From NCBI GenBank assembly GCA_011109175.1, contig RDEW01000065.1, positions 143,984-207,983 on the forward strand: 64,000 bases of DNA, given 5' to 3'. Both the position numbers and the translations under genes were made by a program. This stretch comes from Dicyema japonicum (taxonomy: Eukaryota > Animalia > Dicyemida). The notes under the pieces are model-generated. The model was not told where the DNA came from and made no database searches. It was given only the letters and a program-made list of their open reading frames with translations. This document shows, piece after piece, positions 49,210 through 62,465 of this stretch; position 1 is the stretch's first letter; the number at the start of each line of letters is the position of its first letter.

Positions 49210-50336
49210 TCACACTTCCACAAAATAATAGGGTGCTGATCACGGTACTTTGCATTAATGGAAGAGTTTATTAGAGGTTTCAGTTGCCTACCAGGACCGA
49301 CTTCGTAAACATTTCGCTTGGATGGTGAATTAAACAAATATTCCATGGTTTGTTGCCATTTTACTGGCGACACAACCTGGTGACCAACAAATCCTTATCT
49401 CCTCCACGTTTTTGTAGGGTTTAGCTGATAGATTAGATATTACGTTAATTTTGGGCTCATTAAATTTAACATTGCTAAATTTAGTCAAAAACAAACTTTA
49501 AGACATCTTTGAGTTCATCGCAGGCAAAATTCATCATCTGAGTATGAAAGGCCCCACTGACTGAAGCCTCTTAACTTTCCGAATTCCAAATTTGGAACTA
49601 TTTGCTCGATAAACTCCAAAGCCTACAATTAAACAATAGTCACCTCTACAGAGCCACCAATTACTTGAAATGCGGATGAAAGATAATTTGCAGGCTGGCA
49701 AACTGGATTAGCGATTCCCAAAGAATGACAGTGCTCAATAGCCGCCTTGCAGCATCTTCTATGTTCGAGATTCCGTTGACCATTATAGAAATCATCCCTC
49801 CATTAGTCATCTCCGAAGCCTTCTGCATGGAAGTAGCACGAACTTTTACAACTTTTATTGCTGTTTGGATTACAAATATGACAAACCATCCTCGAAAGAC
49901 AGGCACTCTGAGAAAACCAGAGAAGTATATTCTCCCAAACTCAATCCTGCGGTATAATTGCAAGTTCTAAGAGCTTCTGGATCTTCATTCTCAAGTTTTC
50001 CGAGAGAGGCCAGAGATGTGACCATAATAGCTGGTTGGGAGATTTCTGTCCTCATTAATTTGTCAGATGGCCCTTCCAAACATAACTAAAATGACATTAT
50101 AATATACTTTCAGTAGATCATATCCTAAAATAACACTCGCTCTCTCAAAAAGATCAACAGATTTCGGAAAGTGCTTCAACTTTGATGCCATACCGATAAA
50201 TTGGGAGCCCTGTCCAGGAAAAAGAAGCACAGACGATTCCTTCAATATCTGAGTTTGCGAACACACAGCCTGCATCACTTGAGCAGTTCCTTAACACAGC
50301 TCTGACAGAAGCAAATGGGAGCCTTAACGTGAACAT
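49210..50336 (-). CDS. MCAT: Mitochondrial malonyl-CoA:ACP transacylase (FabD-like), tiny introns, a few 1-nt indels; start codon uncertain
   Basis: LFPGQGSQ, TEISQPAI, AGLSLGEY (catalytic Ser), VSGAFHT, YEVGPG; 21-26 nt introns. Confidence 0.92.
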
Positions 50337-50383
50337 AAGCACCGGTAACTGGAAACGCGTTCAAAATTCTATAAATAATCGAC

Positions 50384-50401
50384 ATGGCGTGATCACGCCA
50401 C
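50384..50401. promoter_or_regulatory. Palindromic pair of SRE-like sites ~50 bp upstream of MCAT
   Basis: TGGCGTGATCACGCCA is a perfect 16-bp palindrome; ATCACGCCAC (+) fits the ATCACNCCAC consensus and ATCACGCCAT (-) has one mismatch. Confidence 0.45.
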
Positions 50402-50489
50402 TCTGATATGGTACGATTTTTACTGTTATTAATATTTTTGCAGAGATTAATTTATTTAATAATTCTGAGTTATAATAGTATTAAAGGTA

Positions 50490-50740
50490 TTTTGCCCCCC
50501 TGGAGATTTGCGATTCCCTCTTCGAGAGTGGATCGTTTGAACTCCCTCAGGCGAAAAATTATGCACCACACGGACATCCCCACTTGCGGCCTCGTTTCTG
50601 ATGAGGCGACGTTGAAGAATGGCCAGAGTTTCCTACGTTTCTGCGAGTTCGGGTGTTGTTGGAGGCTGGGATCACCTAATTAGTTAGTTTTGAACTATCT
50701 TTCTTGTGTTTTTGGAGTTAAATAAATAAAAATAAAATAA
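50490..50740 (+). mobile_element. LINE 3'-end fragment with internal deletion
   Basis: GLVSDEATLKNGQ..CCWRLGSPN*, same family as 29270-29650. Confidence 0.75.
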
Positions 50741-51437
50741 TAAAGGCATTTCGGGGAACACATAATAATAAAATCCTTGTGAAAAAATTAATGAAAAGAG
50801 AAATCTCCCGACTAGCTATTATGGTCATATCTTTGCTGAGGTGGCTGATCAAATTGTCTTAGACTTACAGCTATTGGAGGAAATAATTTGAAATATTAAA
50901 GTAGTTTAATTATGCTTCCTTGGTTATTCTTTGCACTTTTATTTTTCAACCAAAACCATAATGCACGTGATATCAACGTGAAGATAATCTTGATTATCGA
51001 ATATATTAACACTTAAAAATTTTACAGATATTTGAATTTCCAGACACTTTTTCTGAGAGCATCTCGACTGTTTGATTAAGAAAATTTTTTAAAATTGAGG
51101 TTTTTTTCTAGAAATAAAAATCTTTATTAGCAAAAATGCTAAAAATTTAAATATATTTTCCCATTTCTGGATTTTCATTTCATTTTGTAGTTCAAGAAGG
51201 TCCCTGAATCGCGCCGCATTTGCATTACGATTTTGTTGACGATTTCTTTACAAATTCTCCTAACCTCTTTAGAAGTAGTAATTTTTTTAGCAATTTTCTG
51301 GTAAATTAACTTAAACTGGAAATTAATTAGACCCTTTTTTCTCAACCACACTAAGCTAAATCAGTACTCCCATTTTTAAGAAAGTGACATCAGCACTTTA
51401 GCAAAATCATACTCTTACTTAGTTGAATAATGTCTAT

Positions 51438-51580
51438 GGTTACTATAGTAACCCACCAAGAGACAGGGAGCATTACAACAAACGATTGCGAGCACAAGGC
51501 GTTTACGGCACCACCAATCGTTCACAGAAATACCCCCTGTCTCTTGGCAGTGGTGTGATTTGTTTTTTCTATAGTAATCC
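51438..51580. mobile_element. Foldback MITE-like element
   Basis: Terminal GG(A)TTACTATAG inverted repeats, internal 13-bp and 8-bp perfect stems, TAT on both flanks. Confidence 0.5.
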
Positions 51581-52339
51581 TATTATGGATTAGAAATAAC
51601 CTAACTTGTAAGCCGCTTGTTTCTTAACAACTTGTCCGCATTCTCCAATTTTTATTGGGAAAGTTGAACAAATGGGAAACTCTATGTCTCAGACTACAAC
51701 TTTATATGTCGCTAAGACATTTTAACCCTTGAATTTGGTGTTATCAGCAAAATTTATGTCACCGTGTTGTCAGTCGGTAATAATTGAATCTCAACTTGAT
51801 ATTGTGGAACTCAACAATGGTATGTCTTTAATATCTGATAAAATAATTTCGCCTCCTACGACCATAAAGTGTGTTATATTGTACTTAGTTAAATTCTCTC
51901 CCGTGTTACCCATAAGCGTATGAATACTTAGGGTTCCGCTTGTGTCGTGCCCTTCACTGTCTGTTTTGCCAGTTTTCTCCATGTTACTTTCCTCCTCGCA
52001 CGTCTCTGCAGTTCACAGAGGAATCCATGTCTAAAGTCTGTCTAGTGTTCGAAGCGAGTCTTCTGACGTTGAGAGTTGCAATAGTGGACGGGGGAGAATA
52101 GATAAACTGAGAGTACGATAAGGACATCAGAAAGGTGTCAACCAGCAGTTATTGGATTTATTTAATAACCTCAAGTTCGTTATGAGGATGTGTTCAAACA
52201 TCTCCCATCTCTCCTCCCTTATTGTATCTTCTAGGGGACGAGATTTGCATACCCAATATAAATTTTTGCTGCTGATCTCTCTTATAAGGACCTGTAACAC
52301 CGAACGTAGATGTTTTCTATAGTATGTTTGTTTTTATTT

Positions 52340-52790
52340 ATTTAACCCCAAGACTACCAAGAAAGATAGGTCAAAACTAAAAATTAGGTGATCCCAGCCT
52401 CCAACGACATCCGAACTTTTCATCTGGTCTTCTGATGACCCAACCACATTCCGGAAACGCCTTCTCTTCCTTCTGCAAAGGAATTCAATCGGCGTCCACT
52501 TTTTTATAACCGACCGAAATTCCTCTGCATAAAAATAAACATACCATAGAAAACATCTACCTTTTCCTTGAGTGAGTTTCCCAGTTCCTTGCAGAAACGT
52601 AGGAAACAGGCCATTCTTTAAAGCCTCCTCTGAAAGCAGACTGGGGACGGATGTGGAGTCTGGTTATATGTGATCTTCAGTCTGAGAGAATTCACACGCT
52701 CCACCCTGGTAGAAGGAATGGCGAATCTCCAGGCAGAACAGGCATATTCAATCGTCGGCGCAATAACTTGGAGATAGTATGTTTCAAACT
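52340..52790 (-). mobile_element. LINE 3'-end fragment
   Basis: Reverse complement of the 29250-29640 family. Confidence 0.75.
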
Positions 52791-53889
52791 TTTAACACTG
52801 TATCAGACTCCGCAATGCTGCTAATCTAATATTTTTGTTAAAATCAAAAAATGATAACATTCTATCACAATTAAAAAAAATTAAATAAATATCGTACTTT
52901 TGCAATACATGCTTCAAGATTACTTTTTTTTCTTGGTTTTGTGTGAGTACCTGTAGATACTCCTGTTCGGCATTGAGGTATCACTAATGACAACGTCACT
53001 TTTCAAGTCAAAAAACATCGTAAATGCGTGGAGCCTTCAGCCAGAATTGGCAGCATCAAAATTTGAATTTATCTAAAACAGATATTTTATCGAACTCTAA
53101 TTTTATCCAAAAAATTCATATTATGAAATTAAATTTCAGACTTTTTTAACTGGGAACTTTTCTCAAATCCACTCTTGCTATCAAGTAAGTTTTTTGACTT
53201 TCTATGAACTTGAACATCCTATCACGCTGAACAACTACCGTCAACACAAAAGATATGTGACGCAACAGTTGTGACCAAATATATCCATTGATTTATCGTT
53301 AGGTTCACCTTCCCTAATATTCTCCAACTGCTTATCTATCCATAGACAAGAGCCTATCATTAGTGACATTGTCCTATATCTCTTGACATAATAAAATGGA
53401 GTTTTGTAAATTACAAAAACGCAAGATGGAACGATTTTAAGTGCGCAACTAAGTCAACTCTTTCAATGGGTAATTTCATTTCTCCCGATAAAGCAGTGAC
53501 CTATTTTATCTTAGCAGTCCTGTCTGCCGTTGTTTAAGTCCTCTGCAATTAAAACATCTCAGAGTGAACGGAGAAGTCGGTAAGGAATACGAATAAGACA
53601 TAGTGCAATAGAGGACGTCGTTACCACCTTAACCAATGAAGACTGGACCACCAAGACTCAATTTAAAAATTGAAGATCTCTCTGGGAACAACCTGAATAA
53701 CCACCAGCTTAACGGTCAAGTCGCGAAAGCTTCAATTTCATTGGGAATCCAACAGCCTCTAAGTCTTCTGCTATAAATCCGTTTATCGCTTTGTACTTCA
53801 TCTTTTTATTAAATATAATAAGCCTTATCGTAGAAACATGTTTTTATATGAGCTTCAAAAGATAATTTGTTCATATATTTGTAGACATG

Positions 53890-54230
53890 TTGGTTGAGTG
53901 GACAACTCTCTATTAATTCTACTCTCAGTCTATCTATTCTACCCAGTTGTAAGAGGTCTCGTTTCTAACACTAAACAGACACTTTATGCACGATACAAAG
54001 TTACTGTGGCCTGCCTGCAAGAGGTAAAGATGAAAGTGGATCGGGATATATGCAACGGAAATTACCGGTTAATTCAACTACCGTCCGATTGCCGTCACTA
54101 TGGAATGGGCTTCGCAGTCCATCTATCAATCGTGAATCGACTATTCAAGGTATGGAGAGTTACTTACAGAATCGCTATCATTCAATTGGATATTGATTGC
54201 ATAAAAAGAAATCGATTATGTCATTAATGT
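53890..54230 (+). mobile_element. RTE-like APE 5' fragment (related piece at ~51940-52330, - strand)
   Basis: VRGL, VACLQEVK, YGMGFAVH. Confidence 0.6.
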
Positions 54231-54479
54231 CAAGACGTGTGAAAAAGAAAATTACTGAGAAAACTGGTATAAAGGATAGTGAAGAGCATAACACAAGCAG
54301 AACCCTAAGTATTCATACGCTTATGATTAACACGGAAGTACATTTATCTATCTAACTAACTTAACTTTAAGTAGGATATTATTATGGCACTTTCACGAAA
54401 GCCATAATGTTATAGCCCCGCATGTGCAACACTCAAAGAAACAATATTTATAGTTACTCTTTTCCATCTTCCTCTGTCG

Positions 54480-55580
54480 AATGCGAGTGATCTCAATTCG
54501 TCCAGGTCGTCCCCGTCTTTAGGTTTTTTCTCACACGATTTAGGTCTTTGTTTAATGCAGTCGGAAGTGTCGATCTAGGTCGTTCGCGGAAGGGTTTGTC
54601 GCATCTGTCAAAGTAATCTTCCATCGCTTTGTTAGCGGGTGCGTCCGGGTTCATTCTTAGTACATTCCCAAATAGCCTCTACCGGGCATCTATCACATCC
54701 TTGCTGATGTAGGAACACATACACTTGTTGTAGATACCAGTGGTTGATACTACGTGGCCACTCCAATCCGAGTAAGCTTCTTAGTTGCCAACTATGGAAC
54801 GAATCGAGTTTCAATAGTTTGTTGAAGGAACTTCCTCATGTCCTTACAGTAGGATCGGTTTCACAAACGCGTTGTAAAGCCTGCATCTGATGTCAATTCT
54901 AAGCCATCCTTTCTTCAGTTTAGCCATTGCCTCATTTGCCAGTGTTTTCATCCTTAGTACATCTTCAGTGTCTCCTAGTAGAGAGCCGAGCTTATTAGTA
55001 CGTCTCCATCTTTCATGAGTAATATCGTCTTTTCTTTTGATTTCCGTAAATTCAGTTTTGTTAACATTTACGCTGAGAAACCATTTCTCAAGCTCCGCAG
55101 GTGCATTTTCTAGCAGGTGTTGGAGTGCGGTCACATCCCGTGATACAAAATCCACATCATCCGCATAAGATGTATCTTCTATGTCTTCTATATAGCATTT
55201 ACGGAGGTCGTGGAGTGCAGATTCAAGGTATATGGTGAATAGTAAAGGGGAGAGGGAATTACCCTGGGGTGTCCTAATCGTTGTTTTGAAACTGCGGGAA
55301 GTTGCTCCTTCTGTCCTCACAGATAATCTTGTGTTCGCAAGTAATAGTCTGATTATCGTAACCGACGATTCATCCAATATTTGCTCAAGCACATTCATCA
55401 GTTTCTGTCTGTTTATTGAGTCTAATGCTCTGGAGAGATCTATTCCCAACATGGTCGTTGCGCAGCGCCATCTTGGCTCCATACAATGTCTGCCGTAGAC
55501 TTCCTTCCGGAACCCAATAGATCCGCCACACCCTTTATCCGACTTAGTGCAATGTTTGCCAGTACTTTGCATATCGAATT
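54480..55580 (-). mobile_element. RTE-like RT fragment
   Basis: IDLSRALDS, PQGNSLSPLLF, YADD, KLGSLLGD, FRERPRSTL. Confidence 0.8.
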
Positions 55581-55589
55581 CAGAAGTAT

Positions 55590-56160
55590 TATGTTACTGG
55601 CACATGCGTTACCGAGCGCTACGCGTTACACTTCGCCTTGAAACTCCTTCGACTTGAGAACATGAAAGTAGCACCAGTGGCACCACCTCCACATGAACAT
55701 GAACGACGTCCTTGTATGGAGAGAATTCAGGGAAAGAGTGTAGAATCCTCTTGACAAGGGTGTTACAGGCCATTAGCGACGAGAGATATACAGGGAGAGA
55801 AATGTCTATAGAGCTGTGATTCCAAGTTTTCCGAGTCTGACTGCCAGTTTGGCCTGCTTCCGTTAGTATTCCTCAAGCCGGAAGTTTAGAGATACGCTTC
55901 GATGTCAAACGGAAGATCCCGTCAATATGTGCGATTTGGTCGAATTTTCGCTCGTTGTATTGTCGTGTATTGAATCAATTACCATTAACATCATGTCCAC
56001 TCCATACATTATTCCACTCCAACTGCTTCCTTCATGTTTTTAGTCCAACACTTATCTTCGGACATCATCTTAAATAGTGATCTTGTGATTGTCTGATTGA
56101 AGCGTTCGATAATCCTTTGACTCCTTGGATTGTTAGGCCTACTATGAATTTGTTAGACGC
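55590..56160 (-). mobile_element. Decayed Ginger-like integrase C-terminal fragment
   Basis: IHSRPNNPRSQRIIERFNQTITR. Confidence 0.55.
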
Positions 56161-57807
56161 TGAAGCAGTGGAATGTCACATTCTGACACCAATTTCCGAA
56201 TAATTTCTCTTTTCACGAAAAAATATCTTCTACTATCGTGGCGATATGTGTTTTATTTGAATTTTTGACCCGCAGAATTTATGCTTTCCTCAGATATTAT
56301 TCAGACTTCTCCAAGTATCGGAAGAATTGTAAAAGCATCTGTTCACTTATATGGGTAATGGATACCAATTCTCTCCCAAACTCGTGTCAGATAGAATATT
56401 TCTTCGTTTCTAGGTTTGAAATGAATCTGATTCTGTACAATTATCAAGTTCATTGATGACTTTGAATATGTTACCCGAGTTGAATTTTGTATTTGCCAAA
56501 TTCCGATCCTCTTTTTAACCCCTTCAAATATCAACTTTAACACTTAGTTTTTCCTCTAGCAATCAATGTATTAACACCAATCCATTTCGTCAAGCGAACT
56601 AGCTTCAGATCTCAAGCCAGCAAATTAATAGTAGATTTTTCGATATTCCGTTCGATTTGAGTGGCTTCAAAGAAAGTATTAACCTTCATCATCGTTGAGT
56701 TTTCCCTTCGAAAAAATACTTTTAGGTGGTCCATAAATATCAGGTAGTTTGTTACATAACTATGAGATCATAGGTCGTAGTTGTTAAGAGAAAGAATATT
56801 ATTTCTCTTATAATTGGTCACAGTGATCTGATTATTGATATTTCCACGGCGACTGATTCAAAAATTAACTGTCGTCCGAGAGAATCGTTACAACTTCATT
56901 AAAAGATCTGCTCTATTTTAATTTTGATTTTCACAACAAGATATAGTTATTTTTAAGTGATAAAAGGGACCTTCACGCAATCCTGACCTCTTGGTTAAGA
57001 GATTTTAGTCGTTTTTATTTAGTTTTTGATTGTTAAAGAAAATTAAAGCCTTATGTGCGATTTTTATTTACTGTGACTTATTTGTAATTTTTCAAACTAC
57101 TAGGTATATTTTCCGTTTTATTTTGTGCTCTGGTCGGGACTTTATGGTTTTTAAAAACGTAAACGAGTCTCTAATCAGTGGATTGCTCCTTCTATTCATT
57201 TCGCGTAGAAGAATAGAAAAATTCCTTCATACAAAGTTTAGAACGAGCGCAGAAAATTATAGGTCATTGTCATTATGACAAGATTATGAAAGGGGTAGTC
57301 TTTAAGAGATTATTAATTATACATGAGGTCACATATTAACCTTGTCAGCCTTACTTCAAACTATATTACTGTCATGATTATTGGGGTCTTCCTAACATTA
57401 ATTAGCGATTTGAATTACCTAAAAGCCTCCAAAAACAATGCTGGGAAGCAAGATTGAAAATTCGTACATTAGAAAGAGAGATCAGGAACAATGAAAAAAA
57501 GAAACAAGAAAAGTTTGGAAAAACCTCATGTCCGATTAAAACAAGCAGAACTCCCTTAAAATATGTAAAAAACACTTAGAAGCTTTAGTAACGCTGAAAA
57601 CTCTGCACATGTGATGAAATGGAAAACAAGATCTTCCTAAAGAAACTTATGAACTACTACTCCTCCACAAATTTTATCCCACACAAGAAAGGTCCATCCA
57701 TCCTAGCCTTCAAACCTAGAAGAGACACCTCCCTGATTATTCTCCCTGTGGAGAACGTACAGAATATGGTCAGGGATCAGAAGTAAACAAAAAACTTGTA
57801 AAAATAT

Positions 57808-57845
57808 GTTGGGGGTCCGCGACTAAAAAAGGTTGAGAACAACTG
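57808..57845 (-). mobile_element. hAT terminal remnant
   Basis: GGGGTCCGCGACTAAAAAAGGTTGAGAACAACTG right-end pattern. Confidence 0.55.
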
Positions 57846-57869
57846 ATTTAAAGCAAGCATGGGTCTGAA

Positions 57870-58480
57870 TGTTCATGTTGGAGAGTACACCAGAATTTCA
57901 ATTGCTCAAAAAGTGGAAATATTGCGGCATAATGAAACCAATAAATCAGCTTCATGTCAGACGATATGCAACAGATTTTCTTCTATTTTAAAAAAAGAAT
58001 CTCAAGAAGGACAGTCAATGCAATATTAATGAATGCAGAATCGCTTTTATTCTCAGTTCTGGAACTAAAAAACTTTAAAAAATTAAAGTACCAGGAGCTT
58101 AATGAAAATCTAGTAGATTGGATAGATTCAATGGAATCAAAATGTAAACTATTTACTCCAATATTTAAGGGGGTTTATTGAAAGTTTCTATAATATTACA
58201 TAAGCCAACGAAATAACTTTCGTTAACTAATTTTAAAAATCTCACGGGTTTTAGGATAAACTTAAAAAAGACATGGATTTCGAAGACATAAATTACACGG
58301 CGAAATGCACACTGAAAAACATAGGATATTGATGACTTTTTATAAGAATTTGAAGAAGTTTCAAATAGTTACTCGGTTGAAAATATTTATTTGGACGAGA
58401 CAGGAATATTTTATAAATCTTTCAAAGTTCATTTTTCAAGGCACAAATTACCCCTTGGACTTCCAAAAAAACAAACATCG
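57870..58480 (+). mobile_element. Tigger/pogo transposase fragment
   Basis: RISIAQKVEIL, KYQELNENLVDW, KKRHG..KLHGE, DETGIFYK. Confidence 0.75.
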
Positions 58481-58519
58481 ATGTACTCAAACGGGTAGAA
58501 GGAAGAATCGTAAAACACA

Positions 58520-58790
58520 AATTGGCGTTCTTTGGGCATGTTGTCCGCTCTGATTCACTAGAAAGAACCATTATGCTGAGCAATATTACTGGAAAGAGAA
58601 GACCTGGCCGACAGAGGACTCGGTGGCTATCCAAGGTGGAAGACGTCACGAATGCCTATATCAAGGCTACTCCAAATTGCAACGGATCGGAGAGTGGAGG
58701 AAACTCGTTCATGAGATCTCCAAGGGTCGGACACGACTTAATTGGACAACATAACATTGGAAACCGAGAAGAACTCAGTATGTGATCCAT
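58520..58790 (+). mobile_element. RTE (BovB-like) 3' fragment
   Basis: FFGHVVRSDSLERTIML..GKRRPGRQRTRW; GTCGGACACGACT 3' motif. Confidence 0.7.
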
Positions 58791-59332
58791 ATAAAAGTTA
58801 AATCTAGGAATACTGTAATGTTTGTAAAAATGGCATAGGAAGATGTGAAATCCCAAACAATATCAAAATGTTCTGTATTTAACGTCAACTGACAAATAAT
58901 AGGCATTAACTATGATAATCAATTATTGGAAAGCACTTGTTCTACTTGGAGATTTTAATATATGCTAGGTAGAAAGCCACAAATGGATTAAAAGCTCATC
59001 AAAATTTAAATCATTTTTTCCATGATATTCTATGGATAATAAAAAAATTTACGCAATCACGAGAAAACAAATTTACGATGCTGTATCCAAGTCTCTTTTC
59101 TGTCAGTGTTAACTGTTTTGAATATATACAAATACTGAAAAATAGTTTTCTCGTGACATTCCTATCTTTTAATAATAAACATTCATGACATAATGTTCGG
59201 CACAAGCAGATGTTATCCTTTTGGTTCCTCCCTTGGATTAATTAGTAACTGTCAGTGGGCTTACCATTGTAAGCCTAATATTAATAACAATGACATAGTG
59301 ATCGTCATAATTCGTTTTTATTCAACAATAGG

Positions 59333-59430
59333 GTGGCATTATGTGGTTCTCCAATGAGACAAATTTTGAAGACGCCAGGGGCACCTAATGCATACCGAAA
59401 AGGACCAATAGACCTTCTCCTCCGGGGAGC
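59333..59430 (+). mobile_element. Decayed LINE 5' end with pseudoknot motif
   Basis: GTGGCATTATGTGGTTC..GACGCC..CCGAAAAGGACC, colinear with 26920-27025. Confidence 0.6.
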
Positions 59431-60249
59431 ACATACAATTCGTTACATTTGAAAATCTGTTTCCATGTATTCCGATTTTAGCTGCGATCGCAACAATAGT
59501 TTATGCTCTCCGTAGAAATAGTCATTCCGGAATCCAGATTAATCAGTAGAATAAAATTTTGATATACCAGACAATCTGCTATGAAAAGAAAGAGACAAAA
59601 ATAAGAAAATTGACCCGACAATTTACAGGCAAACTCAAAAAATGTTTCCTCATTGAAATTCCTGGCCGCACAAACAATAAAATATCATATTTTTCATTAA
59701 AAATATCAATAACTGATCAATGTAGATAGGGAAAAATCAAATAGTGGAGAATAATCAATATTCATTGGTTACCAAAATATAAATATATTAGACATTTTGA
59801 TAATAGACTTCAATGCTATTTGATGAATCCAATAATATATATAATATTTACGCAAATGTATCACAATACAACAAAAATATACAATAAAATTCAAACAAAA
59901 AAACCAACCACAAGAACGTGGCAACTGCACGCCAAAGAAAATACAAATGTATTAAAAGGTTAGCCACATTATAAAACAATTCAATTTTATTATAAGAAAA
60001 AAGAATAGTTAATTTTAATTTTAATTATTCAGCTGTGGGAGATGCATAAGCTATTCCCACGGACGACAGCCAACGAGAGCCTCTCCTTGAGCCATCTCGT
60101 CTCACGAAGATCACCAGTTTTGTCGGATAGTAGTTTTCCAAGATGATTCTGGAACTTCAGCGTTTTAGGGCCAAAGTTCAAAACAATTTAAAAAAATAAA
60201 TATTAAATTAATATAAATTTATCAAAATTTGACTTTAGTAATCTAGGGA

Positions 60250-60391
60250 AGAGGGTTCAATTGGACAAGGCGCTCTCGGAGTTGTTTCAGCAACCAGAAT
60301 CGAACCTGCCTGAGGAGGCTGGCGAACAGGCAGGCGAGGAAGGTTGTTGATTATTAAATATATTAACTTTTTTTATTGTTTGTTAAATAAA
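60250..60391 (+). repeat. Near-identical copy of 39133-39273 (R4-like 3' end)
   Basis: Direct comparison; differs only in a T-run length. Confidence 0.9.
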
Positions 60392-62465
60392 CGTAATCTC
60401 GGGAAACTAGAAAAACTAATACCCTTATCACTTGAAGACCTTATCCGACAAAATGGATAGGGATTTGCTACCCAGTGCAGGCAGTGCAACTCTCAATTAT
60501 ACAAAGCCACGAAGTGTCTTATGAGAAGGGTATGCATCATCCCTCTCCAATTCCTATTCTCGAAACCACCCCGCCCACAGAGAAATTGTGTTGAATCCCA
60601 GAAGGCGCACGAGGAGAAAATAAGAAATCTGATTGAGGCTTTCGAGATCACTTAATTTAGTAATTAAATTAACTATTGGTGTTCTTGGGTTAATAATAAT
60701 ACCCCCCAAACATAGCTATGGAGGATTACTTTGTCATAGACGCTCTGCTTTTTTGCGTTTGAACTAGGACAACCCTCCCGACCGTCTTAGATGAAGACTT
60801 AAGACCTTAAAAAAATCTAAAACTTTAATTTGGTTAAACTGTTTGGTCCCCCTTGTATTGTGATTTTGCAGTTCTTCGTCCACCGGATGCTTCTCCAGAT
60901 TCAAAAAAGGTCACTGAGTTGTGGGCCATGCAGGGAAGTGTAAACTCGTTCTGGTCTTTGCTGTTGGTGTTTTAGAAAGAAATTCTAGAAGTCAGCAGTT
61001 CATTTGGTAATGGAAGAGAGTTGTTCAAATCATAAGTCAAATTAAAATATGAAATGCAAGCACATGGATTTGTGAGACTGAGTTTAGTTGATTTTTCTTT
61101 CGTCAAAGGTTTTATTCAGAAATCTAAGCTACAACTTTTTTTAAAAACAAATCACATTACAGAATAGCGAAACAGGTGGCTTAATGGTTAGGATGTCGTG
61201 TCAATAACAATGCTCCTTTGATTCTATCCCCCCACTGATTACTTGGTCAAGATTTCTTTTCTCCTCTATTGCATTAAAGGGAACTCAGATTTGAAAGCTC
61301 TAATTTTTGGTTAATTAGTTCCCTCACAAATCCAAGGTCACTAAAAGGTATTTGCAGCACTGAAAACGTACTAAAACAATGAGTAGGTTCTAATGAAAAT
61401 AAATTCATAGAGCATCTTGGATCTTTATTGAGTTCCTTACATTCCAGAAGCAACGCTCTAGAAGGCGATTTAAAGTTATGCAGTCGCAACATTCATCCAT
61501 TGCTTATCTTCCATAAAAACACTCAATACACTGTTATTAGGACATAATTTTGTAGAATGGTTGATTCCCGCACACTCGTGAACCATAAATGAAAGCAATT
61601 CCAGTACAGGTCTTACTTTTATTTGTTATCTCAGGGAATGATCCAAGTGTCTTAAATAACTTTCATAAAGAAGAAGGTTCCTATAAGGCTTGACATCGAA
61701 CTCGAAGGGTTCGAGGTAAATTCATTGACAGTAAATTAAAGGTTGGCAGGTTCCTAGATAAAAGAGGTCGATATTTTGATTTTTACATAATCGTTAAATG
61801 TGATTCTGGAAATTTTTTTTATAATAATTTTTTTAACAATTAAACAAATGTCAGTTGAGGAAGCCTGCTGCGTGGATTCTGGAAATTAAATCCACGATAG
61901 GAACCACGTGGACAGGTTCGAAGATAGAAGAAATCGAAAAGTTCAATTCTCTGGAAAAATGTTAAATGAGATTTTTAAAGTTTAATTAACGATATGAACC
62001 AAGTGGGTAGGTCTATTAATCAATGTGGTATAAAAATGTGAACTGTCTTAAAAGTGTCATCTGCATACCTAAAGAAAAGATATTAGGAGGATCAACAACC
62101 CACCAACATTTAGCATTTTCTATAATAGTGAAGTAGGTTTCCGTTATTTCGTCACAATGAGAGTTATCGATTTACAGAACAGGATAACTACTAGGAAACA
62201 GAAAAGCCACTCCCTGACGACTACCCACCTATTATTATTACCCCCAGGATCACCGGGTGAAAAAGAAAGTTCCTAACTAAGTGACCCCACACCGATATGA
62301 ACGAGAATCCTGGGTAGTTTTCAAGAAAGGCTAGGATCATCCTCATCGAGGAATGAAATTTTATAAAAATATAAAATATTATTAAAATATTAATCCTAAA
62401 CAAAAATATTATATCGTCAACTACTATTACTATGACTAACATTCGAGGTCTCGTGGTCGGCTTTG

